From an uncultured bacterium (GTDB lineage: Bacteria; Auribacterota; Erginobacteria; Erginobacterales; Erginobacteraceae): 32,000 nucleotides of DNA. A program made the position numbers and the translations under genes. Below the pieces are notes generated by a model, which saw only the letters and a program-made list of their open reading frames with translations, searched no databases and was not told where the DNA came from. Location of the stretch: NCBI GenBank assembly GCA_964465735.1, contig CAYXKT010000010.1:2925-34924 (forward strand), given 5' to 3'. Shown piece after piece: positions 1 through 9,128 of the stretch; the stretch's first letter is position 1, and the number at the start of each line of letters is the position of its first letter.

Positions 1-473
1 TCTCCAATCTGGTGGTGGCCCAGTTGCTCTACCTGCAGATGGAGGACCCGGAGAAGGATATCAGCCTCTATATCAACACCCCGGGTGGGGCGGTGACTGC
101 CGGGCTGGCAATTTACGATACGATGCAGTTTGTCCGTTGTGACGTCACCACTTATTGCGTCGGCCAGGCCAGCAGTATGGGGGCGCTGCTTCTGGCGGCG
201 GGGACCAGAAAGAAAAGGTTCGCCCTCCCCCACGCCCGGATAATGATCCATCAACCCTGGGGCGGTACCCAGGGTGCGGCGTCGGATATCAGCATCCAGG
301 CCCGAGAAATATTGCGGTTGCGGGGGAAGCTCAACGAGTTGATGGTTTACCATACCGGACAGACCCTGGCCAAGATCGAAAAGGACGCCGACCGGGATTT
401 CTTTATGACCGCTGAGGAAGCCAGGGATTATGGCCTGGTGGACGTGGTGATAACCTCGAAAAAGGAGAAATAA
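1..473 (+). CDS. clpP: ATP-dependent Clp protease proteolytic subunit ClpP (5' end outside the window)
   Basis: The reading frame is open to the window edge, so the Met at 12 is internal. The translation ([48 protein letters not shown]) matches the ClpP family, including the catalytic Ser and His contexts. clpX follows 4 nt later. Confidence 0.95.
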   Translation, partial: SNLVVAQLLYLQMEDPEKDISLYINTPGGAVTAGLAIYDTMQFVRCDVTTYCVGQASSMGALLLAAGTRKKRFALPHARIMIHQPWGGTQGAASDISIQAREILRLRGKLNELMVYHTGQTLAKIEKDADRDFFMTAEEARDYGLVDVVITSKKEK

Positions 474-477
474 GACG

Positions 478-1731
478 ATGGCGGGTAAGCATCAAGCGCC
501 TCCTAATTGTTCGTTCTGCGGCCTCTCCGCCGACCAGGTGGGCCGACTGATTACCGGCCGGGAAGGCCTGATCTGCGAAAACTGTGTCCGGCTCTGTTCC
601 GAGATGCTCGAGGAGAAGCAGACCAAGCCGAAGCCGAAGAAACCGGCTCTCCCCGCCACCACTCCGACGCCGATGGAGATCAAGGATTACCTCGACGGCT
701 ACGTGGTGGGCCAGGAAATGACCAAGAAGATCCTGGCGGTGGCCGTCCATAATCATTACAAACGGATCCGGGAGCTGGAGAAAGCCGGCGCGGTTGAACT
801 GGAGAAGAGCAATATTTTGATGCTTGGCCCCACCGGTTCGGGAAAGACCCTCCTGGCCCGGACCCTGGCCCGCTGCCTCCACGTCCCCTTTGCTATTGCC
901 GACGCCACCACTATCACCGAGGCCGGTTACGTCGGTGAGGACGTGGAAAATATAGTTCTTCGGCTCCTCCAGGCGGCTGATTACGAAGTTCTGCGGGCTC
1001 AGGTCGGGATTATCTATATCGATGAGATCGACAAGATCTCCCGGCGGACCGAGAATGTCTCGATCACCCGGGACGTTTCCGGAGAAGGAGTTCAGCAGGC
1101 GCTTTTAAAGATCTTCGAGGGAACAATCTGTAATATCCCCCCCAAGGGCGGGAGGAAACACCCCCACCAGGAGTTTATCCCGGTGGATACCAGCAACATT
1201 CTTTTTATCTGCGGCGGAGCTTTCAACAACCTGGAGAACCTGGTCCGGAATCGGCTGGGGAAGCGGATGATCGGTTTCGAATCCAGCGCCGCCAAACAAC
1301 GAGAATTAAAACGAGGCGACCTTCTCTCCCTGGCTGAGCCGGAAGACTTGATCCGCTACGGGCTGATCCCGGAGTTCATCGGGCGGCTGCCTGTGACCAC
1401 CGCTCTTTATGACCTCACTCCGGCGGACCTGGTCACCATCCTGACCGAGCCGAAAAACGCCCTGCTCAAACAGTACTCTCGCCTGCTGGAAATGGAAGGC
1501 GTAGAGCTAAGTTATACCCGGGGCGCACTGAAATATCTGGCCGAGGAAGCGACCCGGAAGGGGACCGGGGCCCGGGCCCTGCGCGGGATCCTGGAGCGGG
1601 TAATGCTCGACGTGATGTACGAGATCCCGTCCCGGAAAGATCTGAAAGAGTTCCAGTTGACCCGGACGCTTCTGAAGAAGCTCTGCCGGGCAACTTCCGT
1701 CCCCGGTTCTTCCACCCTCCAGGCCGCCTGA
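478..1731 (+). CDS. clpX: ATP-dependent Clp protease ATP-binding subunit ClpX
   Basis: 417 aa. It has an N-terminal C4 zinc finger (CSFCG...CENC), Walker A (GPTGSGKT), Walker B (IIYIDEIDK) and an IGF-type loop (MIGFES). clpP-clpX synteny supports the call. Confidence 0.95.
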   Translation: MAGKHQAPPNCSFCGLSADQVGRLITGREGLICENCVRLCSEMLEEKQTKPKPKKPALPATTPTPMEIKDYLDGYVVGQEMTKKILAVAVHNHYKRIRELEKAGAVELEKSNILMLGPTGSGKTLLARTLARCLHVPFAIADATTITEAGYVGEDVENIVLRLLQAADYEVLRAQVGIIYIDEIDKISRRTENVSITRDVSGEGVQQALLKIFEGTICNIPPKGGRKHPHQEFIPVDTSNILFICGGAFNNLENLVRNRLGKRMIGFESSAAKQRELKRGDLLSLAEPEDLIRYGLIPEFIGRLPVTTALYDLTPADLVTILTEPKNALLKQYSRLLEMEGVELSYTRGALKYLAEEATRKGTGARALRGILERVMLDVMYEIPSRKDLKEFQLTRTLLKKLCRATSVPGSSTLQAA

Positions 1732-1796
1732 AGCGGCTGGGTCGCTCGGTCTGCCCCCGCCGTGGGCCGGGGTATTGATTTTAGGTTTCTGGAGAA

Positions 1797-2525
1797 ATGC
1801 AAGAGACGACCGGAAATTTCCCCCGCCATATCGCCATCATTATGGACGGTAACGGACGCTGGGCTCAGGGTCGGGGACTCTCCCGTCTGGAAGGGCATCG
1901 GGCGGGGGCGGAAGCGGTCCGGCGGGTGACTACCGCCGCCGCCGAGATCGGGATCGAATATCTGACCCTCTACGCCTTTTCGGTGGAGAACTGGCGTCGG
2001 CCCCGAAGGGAAATTCAGGGACTGATGCGTTACCTGCGGGAGTACCTGAAGAACGAGTTACCCCTGATGAAAAAGCACCAGATCCGGCTCAAAGCGATCG
2101 GGCGGCTCGATGAATTCCCGGCCTCGGTCCGCAAATCCCTGGACCGGACGATTGCCGCCACCGCCGCCCACCAAGGTCTTACCCTCACCCTGGCTCTCAG
2201 TTATGGCGGTCGGGCGGAGATCATCGATGGGATCCGGCAAATCGTCAGAGAAGCTCGAGAAGGCGGATTGGAACCGGAGCGGATCGACGAGGAGTTTTTT
2301 TCCCGCTATCTTTATGACCCCGATCTCCCGGATCCCGATCTCCTGATCCGGACCAGCGGGGAGATGCGGGTCAGTAACTTTCTCCTCTGGCAGATCTCCT
2401 ATAGCGAATTCTGGCTGACCGAAGACTGCTGGCCGGATTTCGACCGGGAACGGTTGCTCCTGGCGATCGCCGATTACCGGAAGCGCGACCGCCGTTATGG
2501 CGGTCTGGGTGTCGGTGTCCGGTAA
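1797..2525 (+). CDS. uppS: Undecaprenyl-diphosphate synthase (cis-prenyltransferase)
   Basis: 242 aa with family motifs HIAIIMDGNGRWA, LTLYAFSVENWRRP and IRTSGEMRVSNFLLWQ. GGAGA lies just upstream of the ATG. Confidence 0.95.
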   Translation: MQETTGNFPRHIAIIMDGNGRWAQGRGLSRLEGHRAGAEAVRRVTTAAAEIGIEYLTLYAFSVENWRRPRREIQGLMRYLREYLKNELPLMKKHQIRLKAIGRLDEFPASVRKSLDRTIAATAAHQGLTLTLALSYGGRAEIIDGIRQIVREAREGGLEPERIDEEFFSRYLYDPDLPDPDLLIRTSGEMRVSNFLLWQISYSEFWLTEDCWPDFDRERLLLAIADYRKRDRRYGGLGVGVR

Positions 2526-2556
2526 TTGTAAAAACTGTTAAAGGAGAGTAGGAATA

Positions 2557-3420
2557 ATGTCGAAACGCCGGGTGATGACTGCCATCCCCCTGATCCTGAT
2601 TCTGATCGGGGTGATTTATTTCAGCGGCCGGGCGCCGATCTTATTTTTTCTGGTCGGAAACCTCTTTGTCGGTCTGGGGATGCGGGAGTTCACCCGACTC
2701 ACTGATGGGATCCGCTCGATGGGTATTATCGGGGGGGTCTGTCTTTTCTCTTCAGTTTTTATCTCCGCCCTTGGTCCGGGAGGGCTCCCGGCGCACTTTT
2801 CTGACTGTATCGGGTCCGGCCAGGGAGACGCGGTGCTTTTTTTGATCGTGGTCGGGTTGTTCCTTTTTCAGGCTACCCGGACTGACGGGGGGCCGGCGAT
2901 CAACCGGATCAGTACTACCCTGACCGGGATTGTTTACGTCGCCTGGCTCTTCTCATTTTTTCCCCGGATCAACTATTATTTCCCCGCCGATGCTTCCGGG
3001 GGGTTGCCGGGGCGGTTCTACATCTTCTTTCTCGTCCTGGTGGTTAAGGTCAATGACAGCGCCGCCTATTATTTTGGTTCCCGCTGGGGAAAGACCAAGT
3101 TGATCCCCCGGATCAGTCCGGGCAAGACGGTGGAAGGGGCGGTCAGCGGGGTTCTGGCCGGAGGGGTGAGCGCGGTGGCCGGGAAGTTTCTCTTTTCCCT
3201 GACCCGCCTGACCTGGCCGGCGGCCCTGACCCTGGGTCTGGTTTTGGGGACGGCGGCGGTTTTGGGGGACCTGGCGGAGTCGCTCCTGAAGCGCTCGGGC
3301 GGGAGAAAAGATTCCGGCCGGACCCTCCCGGGTATGGGGGGGATACTTGATCTCCTCGACAGTCTGTTCTTTACCTCGCCACTGCTCTACTTTTATCTGA
3401 AACTGGTTCTGAAATTGTGA
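2557..3420 (+). CDS. cdsA: Phosphatidate cytidylyltransferase (CDP-diglyceride synthase)
   Basis: 287 aa, multi-pass hydrophobic. It has CTP-transferase-1-like segments (SAAYYFGSRWGKTKL, ISPGKTVEGA, GDLAESLLKR, GGILD). It sits in the conserved uppS-cdsA-dxr-rseP order and has an AAGGAGAG ribosome-binding site (RBS). Confidence 0.85.
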   Translation: MSKRRVMTAIPLILILIGVIYFSGRAPILFFLVGNLFVGLGMREFTRLTDGIRSMGIIGGVCLFSSVFISALGPGGLPAHFSDCIGSGQGDAVLFLIVVGLFLFQATRTDGGPAINRISTTLTGIVYVAWLFSFFPRINYYFPADASGGLPGRFYIFFLVLVVKVNDSAAYYFGSRWGKTKLIPRISPGKTVEGAVSGVLAGGVSAVAGKFLFSLTRLTWPAALTLGLVLGTAAVLGDLAESLLKRSGGRKDSGRTLPGMGGILDLLDSLFFTSPLLYFYLKLVLKL

Positions 3421-4568
3421 AAAATATCGTCATTCTCGGTTCTACCGGTTCGATTGGGGTCAATACCCTGGAGGTGATTCGTCGGGACCGGAACACATTT
3501 TCTCTGCTTGGGCTGGCCGCCGGGAACAATATCGATCTCCTGAAACGGCAGGTTGATGAGTTTTCTCCCCGCCGGACGGTAGTGGCCGACCCCGACCGGG
3601 CAGAAATATTTCGCTCCCGGCTGACCGGTGGTCCTGAAGTTTTGACGGGAGAGGAGGGGATGGTTGAACTGGTCTCCGATCCTGAAGTCGATCTGGTGGT
3701 GGTCGCGGTGCCGGGGACGGCCGCTCTTCTCCCCGCCCTGGCGGCGATCGAACTGGGTAAGGATATCGCCCTGGCCTCCAAAGAAATCCTGGTCGCGGCC
3801 GGGGAACTGACGATGGCCGCGGCCAAAAAGCACGGGATTCGGATCCTCCCGGTGGACAGTGAGCACTCCGCCATCTTCCAGTGTTTGCAGGGATTGAGAC
3901 CGGATCAGGTGCAGAGGATTATTCTCACCGCTTCCGGGGGCCCGTTCCTCAATGCTTCCGGCGATGAATTGGCCCGGGCTACCCCGGAGGCGGCCCTGGC
4001 CCATCCCCGCTGGAAGATGGGGAAGAAAGTCAGCCTCGACTCGGCCACGATGATGAACAAGGGGCTGGAGGTGTTGGAGGCCCACTGGCTCTTCTCGATT
4101 CCCCTGGACCGGATTGAGGTGGTCATCCATCCCCAATCCATAGTTCATTCCCTGGTGGAGACCACAGACGGCTCGCTCCTCGCCCAACTCAGTCTCCCCG
4201 ATATGCGGCTGCCGATTTCCGGCGCGCTTTATTACCCTGACCGTTCCCCGGATAACTTCCGCCGGACCGTTTTAACCGATCTTGAGGCGCTGACCTTCCA
4301 AAAACCCGACCCCGCACTCTTCCCCGCTCTCAATCTGGCCCTCCGCAGCGGCCGGGCCGGGGGTACACTGCCCGCGGTAATGAATGCCGCCAACGAGGTT
4401 GCCGGAGAAATTTTCCTGGCCGGGAAGATCCCTTTCCTCAAGATAATGGAGGTGGTGGAGCAGGTGATGGACAGCCACCTGGTGGTGGCTGAGCCCGATC
4501 TGGAAGCCATCCTGAAGGCCGATCATTGGGCCCGGGGAGAGGCAAGGGCAGTGATCGGTGAGCAGTGA
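3417..4568 (+). CDS. dxr: 1-deoxy-D-xylulose 5-phosphate reductoisomerase
   Basis: The GTG start overlaps the cdsA stop (GTGA). Motifs are ILGSTGSIG (NADPH binding), DSEHSAIFQC, LTASGGPF and MNKGLE. Confidence 0.95.
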   Translation: MKNIVILGSTGSIGVNTLEVIRRDRNTFSLLGLAAGNNIDLLKRQVDEFSPRRTVVADPDRAEIFRSRLTGGPEVLTGEEGMVELVSDPEVDLVVVAVPGTAALLPALAAIELGKDIALASKEILVAAGELTMAAAKKHGIRILPVDSEHSAIFQCLQGLRPDQVQRIILTASGGPFLNASGDELARATPEAALAHPRWKMGKKVSLDSATMMNKGLEVLEAHWLFSIPLDRIEVVIHPQSIVHSLVETTDGSLLAQLSLPDMRLPISGALYYPDRSPDNFRRTVLTDLEALTFQKPDPALFPALNLALRSGRAGGTLPAVMNAANEVAGEIFLAGKIPFLKIMEVVEQVMDSHLVVAEPDLEAILKADHWARGEARAVIGEQ

Positions 4569-4686
4569 GCAGGACTATCAATCCTTTAGCTTCCGGGACA
4601 ATTTTAAATATCACTTAAAGAACGAGGTTCAATCCGGATTTCTCAAAAAAAACTATTACCTAAATTGAGCGATTCTATGACGAAGC

Positions 4687-4772
4687 AATCTGTTTATTCT
4701 GTCGTGAGATAGCTTGGTCACTTCCGTTTTTCGCAATGACAAATGCTGCGTGGTATCAGGTTTTCGGTCAGA
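4687..4772 (+). repeat. Conserved intergenic element, family 1, copy A (dxr-rseP spacer)
   Basis: The core 4706-4771 aligns by eye with 25290-25354 at roughly 80% identity (GAGATWGCTTGGTCACTTC..CGCAMTGACAAAT..CGTG.TA.CAGGTTT.CG.TCAGA). Both copies have the same orientation. This copy ends about 70 nt upstream of a + strand start codon. Confidence 0.75.
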
Positions 4773-4839
4773 GGTTAATTGAGGATAAGACCAACCGAAT
4801 ATTTTCACAGAACGTATCTGCCAACTAAGGTAAAATAAA

Positions 4840-6462
4840 ATGCCGATAATTCCCCCCGCTCTAATCAACATCGCCAAGTTCGTTGTCCTCCTCGGGATAT
4901 TGATCTTTGTCCACGAACTCGGTCATTTCCTTGTCGCCCGTCGCTGCGGGGTTTATGTCAAGAAGTTCTATCTCGGCTTTGATATCGGGGGGGTGAAGCT
5001 CTTGCGCTATCGGGGCCGGGAGACCGAGTACGGGATCGGGATTCTGCCTTTGGGCGGCTATGTCAAGATGGCCGGCCAGGAAGATCTCCCTCCAGGAGAT
5101 GAGGAAGGGCTGAAAAAACTGGAAGAAGAAGATCAGGATATTGCGCCCGAACGCCGTTTCGACCGCAAGCCGCTCCGCCAGCGGGCGGCGATCGTGGCCG
5201 CCGGCCCGGTGATGAACCTTCTGCTCGGGGTTTTACTCTTCATCGCGATCGCCCGGATCGGGATTAAGACCCCGGTTTATCTTACCGAACCCCGGATCGG
5301 CCTGGTCGGGGAGGGGATGCCGGCCGAACGGGCCGGGATCCGGCCGGGCGACTTGGTCCGGGAGATTGCCGGCCGGGAAGTTGACGATTGGGATGATCTG
5401 TTCCGGAAACTTCGGTCCAGTCGGGCCGGCGAAGAACTGCCGATAGTTATTGAGCGGGAGGGGAAGACCCGGACCGTGACGGTGGTCCCGGAGCAATTGT
5501 CCGGGGTGGGTTTTTCTCAGATCGGGATTTCTCCGGCCGGAAAGGTGGTGATCGGGGGACTGGACCCCGATTCTCCGGCGTCTCGGGCGGGGTTGGAGGA
5601 GGGGGATATCCTGATCCGCCTTAACGGCGAAGAACTGCTGGCCCCCGCCCCCCAGGAGATACTCGAAGATTTTACCGGTGAGCTGATCTCCCTGGAGGTT
5701 ATCCGGCCGGAGACCGGAGAGATTCACCAACTCTTTATCCCGGCCGATCATCCGTCCTTTATCTCAGGTCTTTATCTCGATCGGGGCCGGGTGGCGGGGG
5801 TCGATCTCCGGGCCGAAGGAGGGGTGGGTAAATTAAAGAAAGGTGACCGGGTGGTGGAGATCGACGGTCATCCGGTGGAGCCGGAGGAAATCTCCGGCCG
5901 GATCGCCCAGGCCGCTCCCGGCCAGGAATTGATTTTCACTCTCCACCGTTCGGGCTGGTTTGCCCTCAAGCCGGCCACCCGGATCACGGTGAGCCTGCCG
6001 GTCGCTTCCCGGGCGGTTCTTTCCGGGGTATTCCTATCTTATGATCAGGAGTCGGTCCTGACCCGTTATTATGGACTGGCGGCGATCCCGGCCGGGTTGC
6101 GGATGGGGATGGAAAAAGCGGGGGAGGTAGTGGAGGTCTTTTATTTTCTTCTGACCGGGCGGCTGGGAGGTACGGCAGTCGGAGGTCCGGTGATGATCTT
6201 CCAGGTGACCAGCGGCGTTCAGGGTTTTTCCGAGTTCCTCGTGCTTTTGGCCTTGATCAGCATCAACCTCGGGTTGATCAACCTTGTCCCTCTCCCGGTC
6301 CTCGATGGCGGGCATCTCCTCTTTTTCGGGTTGGAAGGGCTCATCCGCCGGCCGTTGCCGCCCCGGGTGACTCTAATCGCCCAGCAGATCGGACTGGCGG
6401 TGATCGTCGGCTTGATCCTGCTCATAACCTACAAAGATATCCTGCGCCTTTTGGGATATTGA
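4840..6462 (+). CDS. rseP: RIP site-2 metalloprotease, RseP/M50 family, with a PDZ-rich central region
   Basis: 540 aa. HELGH lies in the first hydrophobic segment and the C-terminal motif is NLVPLPVLDGGH. The central region has several PDZ-like segments (GIRPGDLV, GLEEGDIL, LKKGDRVV). The position after dxr fits the conserved order. Confidence 0.9.
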   Translation: MPIIPPALINIAKFVVLLGILIFVHELGHFLVARRCGVYVKKFYLGFDIGGVKLLRYRGRETEYGIGILPLGGYVKMAGQEDLPPGDEEGLKKLEEEDQDIAPERRFDRKPLRQRAAIVAAGPVMNLLLGVLLFIAIARIGIKTPVYLTEPRIGLVGEGMPAERAGIRPGDLVREIAGREVDDWDDLFRKLRSSRAGEELPIVIEREGKTRTVTVVPEQLSGVGFSQIGISPAGKVVIGGLDPDSPASRAGLEEGDILIRLNGEELLAPAPQEILEDFTGELISLEVIRPETGEIHQLFIPADHPSFISGLYLDRGRVAGVDLRAEGGVGKLKKGDRVVEIDGHPVEPEEISGRIAQAAPGQELIFTLHRSGWFALKPATRITVSLPVASRAVLSGVFLSYDQESVLTRYYGLAAIPAGLRMGMEKAGEVVEVFYFLLTGRLGGTAVGGPVMIFQVTSGVQGFSEFLVLLALISINLGLINLVPLPVLDGGHLLFFGLEGLIRRPLPPRVTLIAQQIGLAVIVGLILLITYKDILRLLGY

Positions 6463-6501
6463 AAAGGATGACAATCGATAATCAGTGTCCGGTAATCGGT
6501 A

Positions 6502-7587
6502 ATGAGCGATGATATGCAGAGGCGGGTGACACGACAGGTGATGGTCGGTCCGGTCCCGGTCGGGGGCGGGACGGAGATCTCCGTCCAGTCGATGACCAAG
6601 ACCGATACCCGGGATGTCGAGGCGACTGTAAAGCAGATCGAGGAATTGGCGGCGGCCGGCTGCGAGATTATCCGGACGGCGGTTCCTGACCCCGCGGCGG
6701 CGGTGGCCCTGAAAGAGATCTGTCGCCGTTCCCCGTTGCCCTTGATCGCCGATATCCACTTTGATCATCGCCTGGCCCTGCTCGCGGCTGAGGCCGGGGC
6801 GGCCGGCTTGCGGATCAATCCGGGAAATATCGGGGCCGCCGGGAAGGTGAAGGAGGTGGTCAGTGCCTGCCGGGAGAAAAATCTCCCGATCCGGGTCGGG
6901 GCCAACGAGGGGTCGCTGAGCCGGGAGATGGAAGAGAAGTACGGCGGACCCACCCCCCGGGCCCTGGTCGAGTCCGCGCTTCGGGAAGTGGCGATCATTG
7001 AGCGGGAGGGATACGGAGAGATCAAGATCTCGGTCAAGGCCTTTGATGTCTTCACCTCCCGGGAGGCTTACCGGCTGCTCTCCTCGAAGACCGATTACCC
7101 GCTTCACGTTGGGATCACCGAGGCCGGGCCTCCGCTTCCCGGGACTGTCCGTTCGGCGATCGGGATCTCAATGCTCCTTTTAGAGGGGATCGGGGATACA
7201 CTTCGGGTCTCTCTCTCCGGCCCACCCGCCGCTGAGGTCCGGGTGGCCCGGGAGATACTTCAGACCCTGGGCTGCCGCGGCTTTGGACCGGTGATCGTCA
7301 GCTGTCCGACCTGCGGCCGGACCCGGATCGATCTTCTGGCTTTGCTTGAGGAGGTGGAGGAGAAACTGGACCGACTCCCGGACAAGGAACGTCTGGCCGG
7401 CTGCCGGGTGGCGGTGATGGGGTGCGAGGTCAACGGGCCCGGGGAAGCTAAACAGGCCGAGATCGGGATCGCCGGGGGGCGGCAGGACGCCCTGCTCTTC
7501 AAGCGGGGGAAGGTGATCGGGCGTTATCCTCTAAAGGAGGTGGTCGATGTCCTGATCTCCGAGCTGGGTACCGGGGGCGAGCGATGA
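6502..7587 (+). CDS. ispG: 4-hydroxy-3-methylbut-2-en-1-yl diphosphate synthase (GcpE)
   Basis: 361 aa. GcpE-type segments are VQSMTKTDT and LRINPGNIG, with a C-terminal Fe-S cysteine context (SCPTCGR ... GCEVNGPGE). Confidence 0.95.
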   Translation: MSDDMQRRVTRQVMVGPVPVGGGTEISVQSMTKTDTRDVEATVKQIEELAAAGCEIIRTAVPDPAAAVALKEICRRSPLPLIADIHFDHRLALLAAEAGAAGLRINPGNIGAAGKVKEVVSACREKNLPIRVGANEGSLSREMEEKYGGPTPRALVESALREVAIIEREGYGEIKISVKAFDVFTSREAYRLLSSKTDYPLHVGITEAGPPLPGTVRSAIGISMLLLEGIGDTLRVSLSGPPAAEVRVAREILQTLGCRGFGPVIVSCPTCGRTRIDLLALLEEVEEKLDRLPDKERLAGCRVAVMGCEVNGPGEAKQAEIGIAGGRQDALLFKRGKVIGRYPLKEVVDVLISELGTGGER

Positions 7588-9128
7588 GCGAGATCCGGCG
7601 GCTGACCGGGAATACTACCGCCCTGATTCTCAGCCGGGGTGTCCGACTTTTGCTCTCAATGGCCCTGGGAGTGGTCCTGGCCCGTTACCTGGGCGACCTC
7701 CATTACGGCAACTGGACCGTGGCCCGCTCCCTGGCCGCTCTTTTGACTATCCTCTGTTCCCTGGGGATGAGCCAGATCGCTATCCGGGAGTGCTCTCCCC
7801 GGCCGGGGGAGATCGGGCGCTATCTGGGCACGGTCCTCTCCCTCCAGGCCGTTCTCTCCGCCGGCAGCGTCCTGGCCGCCCTGGTCCTGGTGTACGGACT
7901 TGGTTACCGGGCCGAGATCGCCTGGCTGGTCTTCATCGCCCTGGGAATCTACCTGCTCTCCTCTTTCGGCTCCAACTTCATCATCCAATTTCGTTCCCGG
8001 GAGAAGATGGGGTACGAGGCCCTGGCCAATACCAGCAAAGACCTGGCTTTGATGTTCCTGGTCTTTCTTGCCGTCTATCTCGGTTGGGGCGTGGTCCGGA
8101 TCGCCGGTCTCTACCTGCTGGCTACCGCCGGGTTCGTGATCTTTGCCTGGTTTCTGGCCGTAAAAAAATTTCCCGGTACCCGCCTCCGGTTCGACCGGAA
8201 GTTGGTCAAACGTCTGTTGCTCGGCGGTCTTCCGATCGGGCTGGCGGTCTTTTTTAACTCTTTTCACGATGTGACCCGGATTGTCCTCCAGAAGACGGTC
8301 GGTTCCTCGGGGGCGGGTCAGTACAGTGTGGCCACTCTGCCCTATCTGGCCCTGGAGAGCACCGTGATCATCGCGATAATGGGGGCGATCTTTCCGCTCC
8401 TTTCCCGGCTCTATCGGGACGATCGCGACCGGCTGGTCAAGATCACCCGGACCTTGAGCCGGTATTTCTATCTCCTTTCCGGGCTCCTGGTCGTTTACTG
8501 TTTGTTTCTCGGTGATGAACTGATCCTTCTGCTCTTTGGTGAACAGTACCTCGATGCCATCCCGGTCTTCAAGGTGCTGGGTCTGGTGATCATCCTGATG
8601 CCTCAGAACTACCTGCTCTTCAACGCGATGGTCGCCTCCCGCAAGGAATGGCTCTTTGCCCTGGCAGTCGGGGCGGCGGCTATTATCAACGGGGCGGGGG
8701 CCTTTCTTTTCAGCGCGCTTTTCTCCCGTCTCTCCCCGACCCCGGTCATCGGGGCTTCCGGCCCTGGCTCGGGGATCCGCCTGCTCGGGGTGACCGGGGG
8801 CCCGGTCGCTCTCTTTATCGCCCAGCTCTTGCTCCTGATTGTCCTGGCGAGGATTTTACGCCGGGAATATCGCCAGGGCCTGCTGGCCCATAACCTCTGG
8901 CGTCCGGTTCTGGCGGCGGTGGTGACCGGAGGGCTGGTCCGCTGGCAGGGGATTCTCGGTTTCCCCCCCGGTGTCATTCTGGCCACCAGCGCGGTAGTTT
9001 ACGCGGTCGCCCTCTATGGGTTGGGGACGGTTACTGAGAGGGACCGGGCGGTGTTTCGACAGCTTCTGACAACCTGGCCGCGCTTCTCCCGGCCGTCGAG
9101 CGTTGAGGATGGAGAGGCCGACCGATGA
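7584..9128 (+). CDS. Polysaccharide/oligosaccharide flippase, MOP (Wzx-like) family
   Basis: 514 aa and hydrophobic throughout, with more than 10 helices. Its length and N-terminal pattern are typical of 'polysaccharide biosynthesis protein' flippases. The start overlaps the ispG stop (ATGA). Confidence 0.75.
   Translation: MSEIRRLTGNTTALILSRGVRLLLSMALGVVLARYLGDLHYGNWTVARSLAALLTILCSLGMSQIAIRECSPRPGEIGRYLGTVLSLQAVLSAGSVLAALVLVYGLGYRAEIAWLVFIALGIYLLSSFGSNFIIQFRSREKMGYEALANTSKDLALMFLVFLAVYLGWGVVRIAGLYLLATAGFVIFAWFLAVKKFPGTRLRFDRKLVKRLLLGGLPIGLAVFFNSFHDVTRIVLQKTVGSSGAGQYSVATLPYLALESTVIIAIMGAIFPLLSRLYRDDRDRLVKITRTLSRYFYLLSGLLVVYCLFLGDELILLLFGEQYLDAIPVFKVLGLVIILMPQNYLLFNAMVASRKEWLFALAVGAAAIINGAGAFLFSALFSRLSPTPVIGASGPGSGIRLLGVTGGPVALFIAQLLLLIVLARILRREYRQGLLAHNLWRPVLAAVVTGGLVRWQGILGFPPGVILATSAVVYAVALYGLGTVTERDRAVFRQLLTTWPRFSRPSSVEDGEADR

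Noticed and set aside
4621-4650. tRNA-like T-arm sequence (GGTTCAATCC) in the dxr-rseP spacer
   Set aside because: The flanking bases do not form the 5-bp T-stem, and no acceptor or anticodon arms could be drawn. I judge it not to be a tRNA or tmRNA.
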